Shown in pieces: positions 1 to 10,100 of a stretch of 40,037 nt of DNA; position 1 is the stretch's first letter, and each line of letters starts with the position of its first letter. Location of the stretch: sequence record MN481365.1; one strand, written 5' to 3'. The translations under genes were made by a program, and so were the position numbers. The notes under the pieces are model-generated. The model saw nothing but the letters and a program-made list of their open reading frames with translations, was not told the origin of the DNA and searched no databases. Source of the DNA: Escherichia phage vB_EcoP_PHB19.

Positions 1-47
1 GTATCTCAGGGAGTGGCTTTTAGGCCGTTGTCCCGTTGACGAGATGA

Positions 48-76
48 ATAGTAACCGGTAGGACTCTTTAAGTCAA
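48..76 (-). promoter_or_regulatory. Early sigma70 promoter A1 (TTGACT, 17-nt spacer, TACTAT)
   Basis: Reverse complement reads ttgacttaaagagtcctaccggttactat; matches the position and sequence of T7 A1 (TTGACTTAAAGTCTAACCTATAGGATACT). Confidence 0.7.
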
Positions 77-130
77 TACTCTTTTTAAATTATTTTGATT
101 AATCTCTTTGGTCCTCTTTAAGTTGGCTTA

Positions 131-153
131 TCTCTCTATAGTGAGTCGTATTA
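131..153 (-). promoter_or_regulatory. T7 RNAP promoter phiOL
   Basis: tctctctatagtgagtcgtatta, one mismatch to the 23-bp consensus; sits next to the left-end repeats as in T7. Confidence 0.85.
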
Positions 154-198
154 AAGACAATGAATAAAGATTATCACTTTATAGGTAACAACAAGGCA

Positions 199-257
199 TC
201 TTTAGGTATGGTCTTTAGGTATGGTCTTTAGGTGTAGTCTTTAGGTGTAGTCTTTAG
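199..257. repeat. Left-end short direct repeats (tctttaggtatgg x2, tctttaggtgtag x2)
   Basis: Tandem 12-13-bp units, the reverse complement of the T7 CCTAAAG-type left-end repeats. Confidence 0.8.
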
Positions 258-349
258 AAGATACTTTAAGATGGGGATTGACTGAATGGGTCTTTAAGTG
301 TAGTCTTTAGGTTGTAGGCGGTAGGAATGACTTTAAGGCTGTAACAGAT

Positions 350-522
350 AGGGACACAGAGAGACACTCAAGGTAAACCCAAAGGGACAACTCAAGGTAA
401 CACTCAAAGGGTCATCCCAACCCTTAGGGAACCCTCAAGGCCAACCGAAGGTTGACTTTAGGTGATTGGCTGGGCTTTAGGAACCCCCTATGGGGGGAAC
501 TTTGGGTCCGTACACTGTGAGA
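350..522. repeat. Terminal repeat (single copy in this permuted contig); genome left end maps to about 522
   Basis: Reverse complement of 505..522 is tctcacagtgtacgg, the T7 genome terminus; about 160-170 bp matches the T7 terminal repeat. Exact boundary cannot be set without a second copy. Confidence 0.7.
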
Positions 523-599
523 TAGTCACTCAGATTTTTATGGTATATTTTAAAGGACCCTCTAGGGACCCCTCAGGCCCTCTCTAAGACCCTCTTTAG

Positions 600-700
600 G
601 CATCACTGATAGGATGGCCTATCTTTAGGTATAGACCTTAGGATAGACCATTAGAGGCTCTTTATGGGTATACCTTAGGACTTGACCCTATAGGGATGAA
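600..700. repeat. Right-end short repeats (ctttagg/cttagg units)
   Basis: Reiterated ctttaggtatagaccttaggatagacc between gene 19.5 and the terminal repeat. Confidence 0.6.
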
Positions 701-761
701 GTGGTGTGATGCAATCATACCGCTGAATCCCTCGGTGAGCCATCAGTCGGTCAGGAAGACC

Positions 762-911
762 CTAATCGCTACAAGTGAGTATAGAGCAAACGGCAGACTC
801 CAGTGAACTGAGGTCTCCAGTAAGAGATGCGTACCCAAGGGCAGCACAAAGTACCACAAGAAATCGGTAGGTGACTCTATGCCGCAGTAGGTTCAACAAT
901 AAGCGGAACAT
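762..911 (-). CDS. 19.5: gp19.5, small protein (49 aa)
   Basis: Hand translation gives MFRLLLNLLRHRVTYRFLVVLCAALGYASLTGDLSSLESAVCSILTCSD with a GGAGGAG Shine-Dalgarno; near-identical to T7 gp19.5. Below the ORF-track size cutoff. Confidence 0.8.
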   Translation of the reverse strand: MFRLLLNLLRHRVTYRFLVVLCAALGYASLTGDLSSLESAVCSILTCSD

Positions 912-1065
912 GAGTCTCCTCCCTTTATGTTGGACTTTAAGTTAAGGTGATATTAATACAATATAATCACCATTCTTAGAGGTCACTTTAGGTACACTAC
1001 TATGCATACTTTATGCACTCTATAAGTATTCATTCAGTATCTATATAGTAACCTTTCGTCCCTCC

Positions 1066-1088
1066 TCTCCCTATAGTGAGTCGTATTA
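1066..1088 (-). promoter_or_regulatory. T7 RNAP promoter phiOR
   Basis: Exact 23-bp consensus tctccctatagtgagtcgtatta downstream of gene 19. Confidence 0.9.
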
Positions 1089-1169
1089 ATTTATCGTGTC
1101 TTTTCAGTAACTTAATGTACTGACCATCCGTGGTCTATAGTGCATCCCTATGCAATCTTACTGCATAAA

Positions 1170-2930
1170 TCACCACTCAATGAAAGACGTACCGTATCCT
1201 TCATCGTCCTCAGAGTATACATCAACTCCTCCTACAGACATCTCAATGATGTGGGTAGCAGACACTGTAGGACGCATCATGTGTTCCTCAAGGAAGTCAG
1301 CAAGCACTTCACCTTCTACCTTAATGGAATCCAACTGCATGGACTCACGGAGATACTCAACGCCTAACGCAAGGGCATCTAATCGGTCATCGTGTGCCAG
1401 AGCGCCTTTCTCACGAGTGATACGAGTCATCTGGTAGAACAGCGAATACTTAACGTCATGCTTACCATCTATGTCACGAGATGACTGATAGTCTGCCCGA
1501 ATGACCTCATCTCGAATGACAAGGCGGTGAGTCTGCATGACTGGCTCAATGGTATCACAAATACGCATCTCCTTCATACCACGAGCACGAATCTCTTCCA
1601 TCGCACAGTTGTGGTGTTTAAGAAGGATAGGGCTGAATACCTTACCAAACATACCGTCACCGAAGTTACTCTCGTAGACAACCGTCTGGACTCCCCATTG
1701 CTTAGCTTTCTTAGCGAGTAGCTCAAGGGTCTTATCGGAGTAACCATCGCGGAAACCTCCAGCTTCCATTAGGTAGATGTAACCATTGAGGGTGTACAGT
1801 ACAGCGTAACCTGTTTCGTCCTTACCGCGACCACTAGGGTCAATGACCAGAATCTTCTGCTGATACTGACCAGAGTTATTAGAGCACTCGTGGTATGTAT
1901 GTAGGTCGTCACCCTTAAGGCCCACGTTAGGAAGGTCCTCAATGATGTTCTGACGGTTCGGAAGCCATTGGTAATGCATTGGTGCCTTCTCTAAGTCTAA
2001 GGCCGCTACGATAGCGTCACGGAGCCTCAGAGGGTACTTCTCGGCATCACTCAGGTTCGGGTTAAGCATAAACTGTAGCGTAAAGCCAGCCTTACCGTAT
2101 TCCAACTCACGCTCACGCAGGTCATCTCTGTCGAACCGAACAGGGTCTGTAGGCGTACCAGCCAGAGCCTCAGGATTCTCCTCGTACTCCGCACGGAGCA
2201 TTGGTGCCAGACGCTGAGAGTAGTAGAGGTTCTCCTCACGAGTCCTTGGATATAGAGCAGGCCAGATGATAGTGGTGTACCCACGGTTATCCTCAAGTTC
2301 CTTATAGAGAGTCATCTCGGTCTGAGGTGTGCCAAGGTAGATAACTCGTGATGAAGGCAGCGGTTTAAGCAACGCAGCGAACTCCTGAACGAGAGTCCAT
2401 AGCTTCTCACGGGCACCCATAGTTGCACTGTTAGACGGAATCTCAACGTCATCCGCGATGATAATGTCAGCACGACTACCAGTTAACTGACCAGTGATAC
2501 CCACCGATTTTACACTAGGCGAGTGGTCAGGACTAGCAGGACCAACATCAAAACTAATCACAGAGTCACGCTGTCCGGGTCTCGGCTTCAACTCACTGAG
2601 AAACGGTAGCAGGTCAATGATGTTCTTGATGAATATGGAGTTAGCGTCTGCACGTTCTTTAGAAGCTGATACGATAAGTATCTTCAACTGAGGGTCTCTC
2701 CATAAGGACCACACAACGAACGCACATGTGATGAATGACTTACCGATACCACGGAAAGCCTGTAGGATGAACTTCTTGTTGTCTCCATTCGCCAGCACCT
2801 TAGCCATGTCGATTTGACACTTAGTTGGCACTGGTAGGTTTAACGCCTTCCATAAGACGAACAGGAACGCCACGAAGTCACCCTTTAGTTGCGCCACAAC
2901 GAGCGCATTACGATTGGACTGAGTAGACAC
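1170..2930 (-). CDS. 19: Terminase large subunit (DNA maturase B)
   Basis: 586 aa, same length and near-identical to T7 gp19; ATPase and nuclease motifs. Confidence 0.97.
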   Translation of the reverse strand: MSTQSNRNALVVAQLKGDFVAFLFVLWKALNLPVPTKCQIDMAKVLANGDNKKFILQAFRGIGKSFITCAFVVWSLWRDPQLKILIVSASKERADANSIFIKNIIDLLPFLSELKPRPGQRDSVISFDVGPASPDHSPSVKSVGITGQLTGSRADIIIADDVEIPSNSATMGAREKLWTLVQEFAALLKPLPSSRVIYLGTPQTEMTLYKELEDNRGYTTIIWPALYPRTREENLYYSQRLAPMLRAEYEENPEALAGTPTDPVRFDRDDLRERELEYGKAGFTLQFMLNPNLSDAEKYPLRLRDAIVAALDLEKAPMHYQWLPNRQNIIEDLPNVGLKGDDLHTYHECSNNSGQYQQKILVIDPSGRGKDETGYAVLYTLNGYIYLMEAGGFRDGYSDKTLELLAKKAKQWGVQTVVYESNFGDGMFGKVFSPILLKHHNCAMEEIRARGMKEMRICDTIEPVMQTHRLVIRDEVIRADYQSSRDIDGKHDVKYSLFYQMTRITREKGALAHDDRLDALALGVEYLRESMQLDSIKVEGEVLADFLEEHMMRPTVSATHIIEMSVGGVDVYSEDDEGYGTSFIEW

Positions 2931-2939
2931 GTTTCCTCC

Positions 2940-3383
2940 TTACTTGATTTCCTGCTTACGTTGTAGTTCACGAATAGTATCCTGTAACGCACGAATCCAT
3001 GCGTCACCCTTCTGGGTCACTGCGAGAATACTTTTAGCATCTCGGTCGTCAAGTTCGGCTCGACCATCAGGCTCGAATCCACACTGACCATCGGAGGTTC
3101 CGGTAGTTTTGACTCTGACGCGCAGCCGCTTATTGTCGCTACGCAAATCAGAAATAATCCTATCAGTGCTCCCTTCCAACGCGGCAAGGTCTTCCTGATA
3201 CTTAGCCGATATTTCATTGAGCGCTCTTTGAGTGCTCGCTGTAGCCTCAACTCTCTTAACGTACTCATTCTGTACCTCCTGTTTCCACTTGGCGTCCATT
3301 GAGTCTGCCCCAAGGTGCCATCCCCATCCGAATAGCATCCCAGCGAGAACCCAAGGGACCAGCTTACGTAAAAATTGCAGCAT
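2940..3383 (-). CDS. 18.5: i-spanin (Rz-like), gp18.5
   Basis: 147 aa starting MLQFLRKLVPWVLAGMLFGWGWH; N-terminal transmembrane segment; T7 gp18.5 homolog. Confidence 0.9.
   Translation of the reverse strand: MLQFLRKLVPWVLAGMLFGWGWHLGADSMDAKWKQEVQNEYVKRVEATASTQRALNEISAKYQEDLAALEGSTDRIISDLRSDNKRLRVRVKTTGTSDGQCGFEPDGRAELDDRDAKSILAVTQKGDAWIRALQDTIRELQRKQEIK
3017..3268 (-). CDS. 18.7: o-spanin (Rz1-like lipoprotein), gp18.7, embedded in 18.5 in another frame
   Basis: Internal Met of track ORF 3017..3313 gives MSTLRELR...; lipobox ISGCAS; 83 aa as in T7. Confidence 0.8.
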   Translation of the reverse strand: MSTLRELRLQRALKERSMKYRLSIRKTLPRWKGALIGLFLICVATISGCASESKLPEPPMVSVDSSLMVEPNLTTEMLKVFSQ

Positions 3384-3439
3384 AATGCCTCCCGTTAATT
3401 TTCAGATTTCACGTAGGAGCATCTCGTATAGACAATGAC

Positions 3440-3483
3440 ATCCATAAAGACCACTATCGGTAGTGGCCTTGAGTATATCACTG
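3440..3483 (-). promoter_or_regulatory. RNase III processing hairpin (R18.5-like)
   Basis: cataaagaccactatcggtagtggccttgag, the conserved T7 RNase III site motif. Confidence 0.5.
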
Positions 3484-3747
3484 TAAAGTGTAAATATCGT
3501 CATCAGTTAGACCGTTGTCACCGACTTTCTCTTTGTACTCTTCAAGAGCACCAGCAAGGCCGCCCAAGATGTGAACATCCGGCTGCAACTTACCAATCTG
3601 GAACTTGTGGCGGTCTAACAGTTTGTTGATGGCGTTATAGAGTTGCGGAGTCCGCCGCTCGTCGTTAGATAAATCAGCTAGCATACGCTGAGCCATCGCA
3701 GTGTCCAACATCTCTAAGAACGTGATGAGGCTCTTATCTTTTTCCAT
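3478..3747 (-). CDS. 18: Terminase small subunit (DNA maturase A)
   Basis: Starts MEKDKSLITFLEMLD at the 4th codon of the track ORF; 89 aa as in T7 gp18. Confidence 0.93.
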   Translation of the reverse strand: MEKDKSLITFLEMLDTAMAQRMLADLSNDERRTPQLYNAINKLLDRHKFQIGKLQPDVHILGGLAGALEEYKEKVGDNGLTDDDIYTLQ

Positions 3748-3752
3748 ATGTA

Positions 3753-3956
3753 TCACTCCTTAGTGGCTTTCTTCCAGTCAATCATCTTATCGACTACCTT
3801 GGCACCAATCTGAACCACTGTGTAGGCGATAGCAGCAACATAGAACCACTCATTAAGACTCAGCCCGAAGAAAAGCCTCGCAGCGCCGTCAGCCACACCA
3901 GTACCAATAATAGGTGCAGCCTTGACTAACTCGTTGTTAAAATCTAAAGATAACAT
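3753..3956 (-). CDS. 17.5: Holin, gp17.5
   Basis: 67 aa with one transmembrane segment, T7 gp17.5-like. Confidence 0.92.
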   Translation of the reverse strand: MLSLDFNNELVKAAPIIGTGVADGAARLFFGLSLNEWFYVAAIAYTVVQIGAKVVDKMIDWKKATKE

Positions 3957-4000
3957 GTGTCCTCCTTATTGTAAGGGCCATCCTTGACCCATTAAGTGAT

Positions 4001-7000
4001 TTACTTCATGTAAATAGTGCGGAACTGTTCGTTACCACCAGAAGCCGTCATAGAGATTTTCAAGCCATCGGTAGTTGGACTAACTTTAGTCTTAGTGTCA
4101 CCACTCCAAGTCATAAAGCGATGAGTCATGCTAAACCAACTAATCGGAACGTCGTTATAGGTTACAGTTCCTAGAGATTCAAACCCTTGGGTAACTATTA
4201 GAGTCTGTCCTACGCATTTCTGGGGGACAACAAACTCTACAGACATCTGTTGAGGGTCTGCTAGTACCTTGACGCCTGCACTAATTAGCCCAGTCTCGGA
4301 GTTAACAAAACGACACCCAGTGAAGTTAACTGCGCCGATGAACAGTCTGTTAGCCTCTAAATCTGTCTCCCATTTACCAACAACGGTTACACCGTTAAAC
4401 TTGATGTCTGAGTTGGCGTTGGCGTTGACAGGGTTAGCATTGTTAGTCCCTACCTTACCACCAGTGATGCTGATAGACATGGGCTGTTCAGACCAACCAC
4501 CTGAGTAGGTATCAAGTTGTGATAACTCGGAGTTTGTTACCTCAAAGCGACCACGATGGGCAATCTCAAGGTGAGCACCCTGCATTCCACCACCACGAGC
4601 CTGTAGGTTATCAATATATACTAATGGGTTGTGCGTATCACCCCGACCCACGATGGACACAGTGTCAGTTCGGCAGTTAGTCAATCGGAACTGGGGGTAC
4701 GTCTGGTCTGTATACTTGTTTCCTGTAGGACTAGTGTTGACGGCCTTAAACTGACTCATGTCGATAGTTAGTGCAGCGCCAGTCTCACCAGTGTCCCAAT
4801 TGTTAACGTTGACAATCATGGGGTGCTTGATGGACTTATCGGTAGAGCTAAGCAGTGATGTAGGCGCTGGTGGATAAAGTCCACGCTCAAAGGTTACACC
4901 ATCAATGTCTACCTTACGAAAGAACGTGAAGTTAACTGGGGACCCAGCGATCGCGCCTTGAGTAGCATTCGGTACACACTCTAAGAATGCTGGAATTGTG
5001 ATACCAGCACGGCCGTTGACTGTGCAGTTCTTTATGTAGAGGTTTCCATCACACCAACCACCAGCGTCACTACGAGAGCGCACAAAGCCAGAAGCATTGA
5101 ACGCATCCCGTTGTAACCAAGTGCTATTAGTGATGTACAGGTCTCCCATAATGGTTACTAGTACACCCCAATTACCAATCACACAGTTATCAATCTTCAA
5201 CCACTCACGAGCAGGCTGGTGGAAGTCAATACGAGATAACTGAGAGTTCTTGAAGGTTACACGTTGTGAGTTATTGGAACCTGTGGAACCCCAACCATAA
5301 CCATCAGATGTGAGGCCATCAATGGTAACGTCGAAGCTGTTCTCAATGGACAGAGAGTATGTGTACGTATCATCAGTGGTGGCATTCACGTCAGAGCAGT
5401 TAACGTTCTCGACACGAATGTACGCTGAGTTACTCACAATGAGTCTGGTCATGTTGATAGGCTTGTATGCCCCACGGTTGAAGTAAGAGATGTTTTTAAT
5501 AACCACGTTGGTAGCATCTTGCACAACTAACAGCCCAACCTTGGTATAATCAGACTCATCGAACGTGATACCCTTAACTTCAAGCCACTGTGCTGTAATA
5601 TACAAACGACGCAGCTTTGTCACTTTCACACCACTAAGAGAGTAATACAGTGGTGCCGCTAACTGACCATCTTTAAATACACGGTTGAACTCATCACGAT
5701 AGCGAGGTTCGCCACGATATTTAAATAGAGGCTGAGTGGTTTCATACTGGATAAAGCTATCATCCATTTCCATGAAGTCTTTCCACCCTGAGAACATTGT
5801 TGAGCCGGTTCCTACGTTAGTTGATAGGCCCAACTTCTGAATAGGAGCATCTGTAGAGGTGAACTCCATCCACTGATGGTCGCGCTTAATGTATACAAAG
5901 CCATTCCACTTAGAAGGCCACAAGGTCGCACCAGACAGGTCGGTGTTAACCTTAATCTCAATATCCCCATTACCAGATAATTTGAAACGACCCGTGGTCT
6001 GACGAACACTAACCTTAAGACGACTAGCGGCATTGAAGCAATTCATGATCTGAGCCAGTGAGTTAGAGTTAGCTGTACGGTCTGCGCCAAACATATCAAA
6101 TGTTAGTTCAGTTTCTACGTAGCGTTCCCAAACACCACCACCAGAAGCAGCAATACGACTACCACCATCGTCCGCCTCAGTGCTCTCTTTGTTTAACACG
6201 AAGATGCCACCACCAACGTTCAGACCCTTGTAGTAGGAATCTACGTATACGTGAGTGTTGTTTGGGGCATAATCTAGTTCTCGCAGGGATGCGATAGAAT
6301 CAACGTGAGTAAGCACATTGTTTACACGGTTAGCAGCTTCTTCTGCCCTATCAGCGTTGGCGCGCGTGCTTTCATCAAGGTCTCGGAGTTCCGGCATAGT
6401 AGCGTTAATCATAGATACTGCCTCGTTAGAGACACGTTCTGATTCGGCAGCGTTTTCCTCAGAGACCTTGGCAGCATCTGCATATTCCTTTGCTTTCAGT
6501 TCAGCCTTCTTAGCCCCATCCTGTGATACTTTAGCAGCGCCCTCAGATTCCACAGCATTCTGTGCGGCCAGTTCCGCACGTTCAGCAGAGTGTAATGCAG
6601 AGTTGTCCCACGAACGAACTTGACGCATAGTGACGGCATCTCCAACATCCACACCATCAGCTAGGTTCACAATACGACGACCACGGGCATCCAAGTGACC
6701 ATCATTGTTGACACCAATAGTATCAGCAGTTAAGTCACGTGCCTCTTCTGCCACATGCATAGTCTGAATCTGAGCCACGTTAAGGTCGTACGCACGGAGG
6801 ATTGAACCATCCGTAAAGTCAACCAGACGGTCAGTCGTGGAGGTTACTCGGCGTAGCTCAATAGTAGTGTAACCGTCCGCAGGACCCCAAGATTTGGTTA
6901 GCGAGATAGTAGTACGCGTAGCAAAGCGATAATCTGTATTGAGTGTGAGGACCTTACGGTCAACACCAATGAGAGTTACCACTACAAACTTACGGGCTAG

Positions 7001-7078
7001 ATATTCAAACGGGATATTAAAATCACGATTTGAGCCATCTAACTGGTAAGTCAAAACGGTCTTAATTACGTTAGCCAT
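4001..7078 (-). CDS. 17: Tail fiber / tailspike, 1025 aa: T7-like adaptor N-terminus plus large non-T7 beta-helix module (putative depolymerase)
   Basis: First ~150 aa near-identical to T7 gp17 (MANVIKTVLTYQLDGSNRDF...). The remainder is unrelated to the T7 fibre and almost twice as long (T7 gp17 is 553 aa), with beta-helix-like repeats (NVVIKNISYF, NLYIKNCTVNG) and an FGA-containing segment. Confidence 0.9.
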   Translation of the reverse strand: MANVIKTVLTYQLDGSNRDFNIPFEYLARKFVVVTLIGVDRKVLTLNTDYRFATRTTISLTKSWGPADGYTTIELRRVTSTTDRLVDFTDGSILRAYDLNVAQIQTMHVAEEARDLTADTIGVNNDGHLDARGRRIVNLADGVDVGDAVTMRQVRSWDNSALHSAERAELAAQNAVESEGAAKVSQDGAKKAELKAKEYADAAKVSEENAAESERVSNEAVSMINATMPELRDLDESTRANADRAEEAANRVNNVLTHVDSIASLRELDYAPNNTHVYVDSYYKGLNVGGGIFVLNKESTEADDGGSRIAASGGGVWERYVETELTFDMFGADRTANSNSLAQIMNCFNAASRLKVSVRQTTGRFKLSGNGDIEIKVNTDLSGATLWPSKWNGFVYIKRDHQWMEFTSTDAPIQKLGLSTNVGTGSTMFSGWKDFMEMDDSFIQYETTQPLFKYRGEPRYRDEFNRVFKDGQLAAPLYYSLSGVKVTKLRRLYITAQWLEVKGITFDESDYTKVGLLVVQDATNVVIKNISYFNRGAYKPINMTRLIVSNSAYIRVENVNCSDVNATTDDTYTYSLSIENSFDVTIDGLTSDGYGWGSTGSNNSQRVTFKNSQLSRIDFHQPAREWLKIDNCVIGNWGVLVTIMGDLYITNSTWLQRDAFNASGFVRSRSDAGGWCDGNLYIKNCTVNGRAGITIPAFLECVPNATQGAIAGSPVNFTFFRKVDIDGVTFERGLYPPAPTSLLSSTDKSIKHPMIVNVNNWDTGETGAALTIDMSQFKAVNTSPTGNKYTDQTYPQFRLTNCRTDTVSIVGRGDTHNPLVYIDNLQARGGGMQGAHLEIAHRGRFEVTNSELSQLDTYSGGWSEQPMSISITGGKVGTNNANPVNANANSDIKFNGVTVVGKWETDLEANRLFIGAVNFTGCRFVNSETGLISAGVKVLADPQQMSVEFVVPQKCVGQTLIVTQGFESLGTVTYNDVPISWFSMTHRFMTWSGDTKTKVSPTTDGLKISMTASGGNEQFRTIYMK

Positions 7079-7126
7079 TTGACCTCCTTAAAGTAAATCT
7101 AAAGTCTACAGGGAGAAGATAGGACC

Positions 7127-7149
7127 TCTCCCTATAGTGAGTCGTATTA
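7127..7149 (-). promoter_or_regulatory. T7 RNAP promoter phi17
   Basis: Exact consensus tctccctatagtgagtcgtatta directly upstream of gene 17. Confidence 0.9.
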
Positions 7150-10100
7150 TTTCCGACGCTCCCTCAAGTTAACACCATTCGCCTCATAAATCTTCAACAC
7201 AAGCTGTTGCGTCAATGGGTCGTTTGGTACTAACTCTTTTGTGGAGTTCATGAGACCAGTCATGAAGTCCTGCTCAGTGGCTTTGTTGGGAGCATTCACC
7301 ACGCCAGCAGTATTAAGTAGGGAAGCCCCAACGTTAGCCACAAATCCAGCCGATGGCATCTGTTCAAGAATGTTGGAACCCATATTACCCATTACCTCCC
7401 ACGAGGTATAAGGCTTATTAGGGTCACGCTCACTTACGGTGTCTTTAGGAAGAATCGTAGAGCGAGCCATCTTTGAGGACTCAACCCCGAACAGGCCACC
7501 AACTAGGTCAGCCATAGCCAAAGGAGCACCTAATTGAGAACTACGCGACAACGAAGCGTGGGCAATCATGGTTGGGTCCAATGCACGCTCCAAGTATTCT
7601 TTACGTTTCTCCTTAGTCATCCCATACGCTTTGACGTGTGCAGCCATAGCGTAGTAACCACCAGCGAGACCCATAGAGATGATACCAGTCAGCGCAGCGT
7701 CAATCGCTCGGTTGTTCTTGTAACCATCGTAGAAGGTTCTCAGGAACTTAGAGTTAAGGGATTTGATAGTGAAAGACTTAAACTGCATAACCATCTTACC
7801 TAATGCTCCGAACGCATGTGAATCCTGTAATGATACCTTATGCGGACGCAGCATTGCCTCATCAGCTACCTTGTCAGCCAGTCGCCACAAGTCCATAGCT
7901 CTTGGGTCCATAGAGAACGCGTGCTTATCCTTAACGGTATACTTACCATCTTCACCACGCACCATGTGTTCCTTAATGAGTGCCTTGATTCCTTTCATCT
8001 GCTCAGGTGTAACTGACGCGCCGCGGAGGAATCCTTCCTTCTCCCAACGGGTAGTCTTCCCAGATAGGGTAGCACTAATAACGTCCCCAAGCATACCTTG
8101 ACGCGCAGCATCCAGAAGATAGTTAGTGGTTCCATTAAGCAGCTTAGTCCACGGAGAGCGAGCAGCCAGTTCCTGTGTGGAATACTTCAAGGTACCTACG
8201 ATGTTCGCCACAACAGGACCTGTATCAGTTGCTTCCCTTAGACGCTGAACTATGTCAGCACGTTGAGGTCTAATCAACTGGTCCACCTCCTTCCCGAACA
8301 GAGACGCATGGAGTTCCTTAAGTTCCTTAGCGGAAACTGGTTTAGACTTGTAGAGGGTATCACGTAGAATTGGTATACCGTGACCAAGAGCACGAACGTT
8401 ACCCGTGGCAATCATCCCAGCAATCTCCGTAAGGTTTTGAGCACCCATATAGGCGTTCTTGGCGAAGAACCCTAGGTCATTGATGGAACGAAGTGAGGTT
8501 TCCCATACAGTGTCCTGATTGCGTCGAGCACGACCAGTAAGAATCTTCACGGTATCCATGAGAGCATGTACCTCACCTGTCTTCTTACCGTCCCCCTCAG
8601 CTTTCGCTTTGAGAGCCAAAATCTCATCCTTAAGTTCCTTAGTGGTTTTACCGGTAGACCCCATTATTGCGATGTCACCGTTGATACGGCGGTCATACGC
8701 TGGCATGATACGGAACATATTAAAGTCCCTCAAATCGTTCACAGAGAATTGCTCACCGTCTGGCATGGTGATTGCTAAGTCGGAGTCAAAGAGGTTTCGT
8801 GCTTCAAGGAATGAATTATTCTCTATACCAACAAGACCCTCAATGTTCTCCTCAATGATGGAGCTATTAGTGAACCTGTCTGAGTGAGAGATACCGTATG
8901 CTTTATCCATAGCGTACTTATACACCATATCATGAGTGACTTCCTCTACACCGTGCATCTCTTTAAGTGCTTCGTCAATACGGGCCTTTACCGCAGGTCT
9001 CAAATCGTAGCTACACACCCATGACCGAGCGATACCTTCCTGTAAGCCCTCAGCACCATAGCGTTGAATTTTGAGTGCCTTAGCGTACTTGTCGTACACA
9101 TGTGGGACATACGTTCCCTTGTGTCTACTCTCTGGAAAGATACTCACAGCCTTCGTATTACCAAAGACCGCAGGGTTCTCCATAAGTTCACGCTTGGTGT
9201 CATAATGTCGCTTAACGATGTCCATTACGATTCGCTCGTTAGGAGTTAAAGCCTTCTGTAGCTCAGGGTTCTCAATAGCCAAGGCCACTCGACGCTCGAT
9301 AGTGTAACGAGCTTCTTCGCGAGACATCTTAGCGCCGCCAGTGGAGAACTCAGGGTCTTTCATCGCGTCAGACATTGCCTTATACAGGTCGTTGTAAGTA
9401 CGCTGGTCAGTGCCACGAAGTTTCTCGAAAATGTCAGAAGCTGTTGAACCATACTTACCTGAGGAACCTGATTGCATTCCGGTAGGAGACCGCACTAGGT
9501 CAATAGCTACCCGTCGAATATCAGCATCGTCTGAGCCTAAGGTCTTTAACCCAATCTCAGTGAACCCTGCTAGTTTGATACCTCGTGCCGCTTTCTCAGG
9601 GTCAACCTCGGAGAACTCTTTGAGAGTCTTGGGGTTGATTGGGTTGCTCGCACTAAGTATGGATCCGTCATGGAGAACCACAGCACCCTTTTCGGTCGGA
9701 AGTTCCTCATAAGGAACGCCTTTGTATTCACCTTCAAACTTCATGTTCTCAGTGTTAATCCTAGATAGGTCCGCAGAGTTGGCGTTACGCGCTGTCTCTC
9801 TGGCTTCCATTCGCATAATAGGACCAATGAACTCATTGTCGAACTCGGCTTCTGGTTTACTACGTTTCAGACCAGCAGCCACAGCGTCACTGATTGCAGA
9901 CATACCCGCACCAAACACAAAGCCACCTAATGCCGCACCAGCGTAATCCGCATCTCCACCAGCTACAGAGGTGCGGAGACCTTCGGATGCAACGTTCAGC
10001 GCAGCACTTTCGGCACCAACTACAAGGGCCTTATTGATTAACTTAAAGCCCTTACCAGTCACACCAACCATAGGAACATAACTGAGTGGGTCAACACCAG

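Noticed and set aside
199-257. Short tandem repeats near the genome end as a possible CRISPR array or satellite
   Set aside because: These are the T7-type left-end repeats, 12-13-bp units with no spacers, at the expected place beside the terminal repeat.
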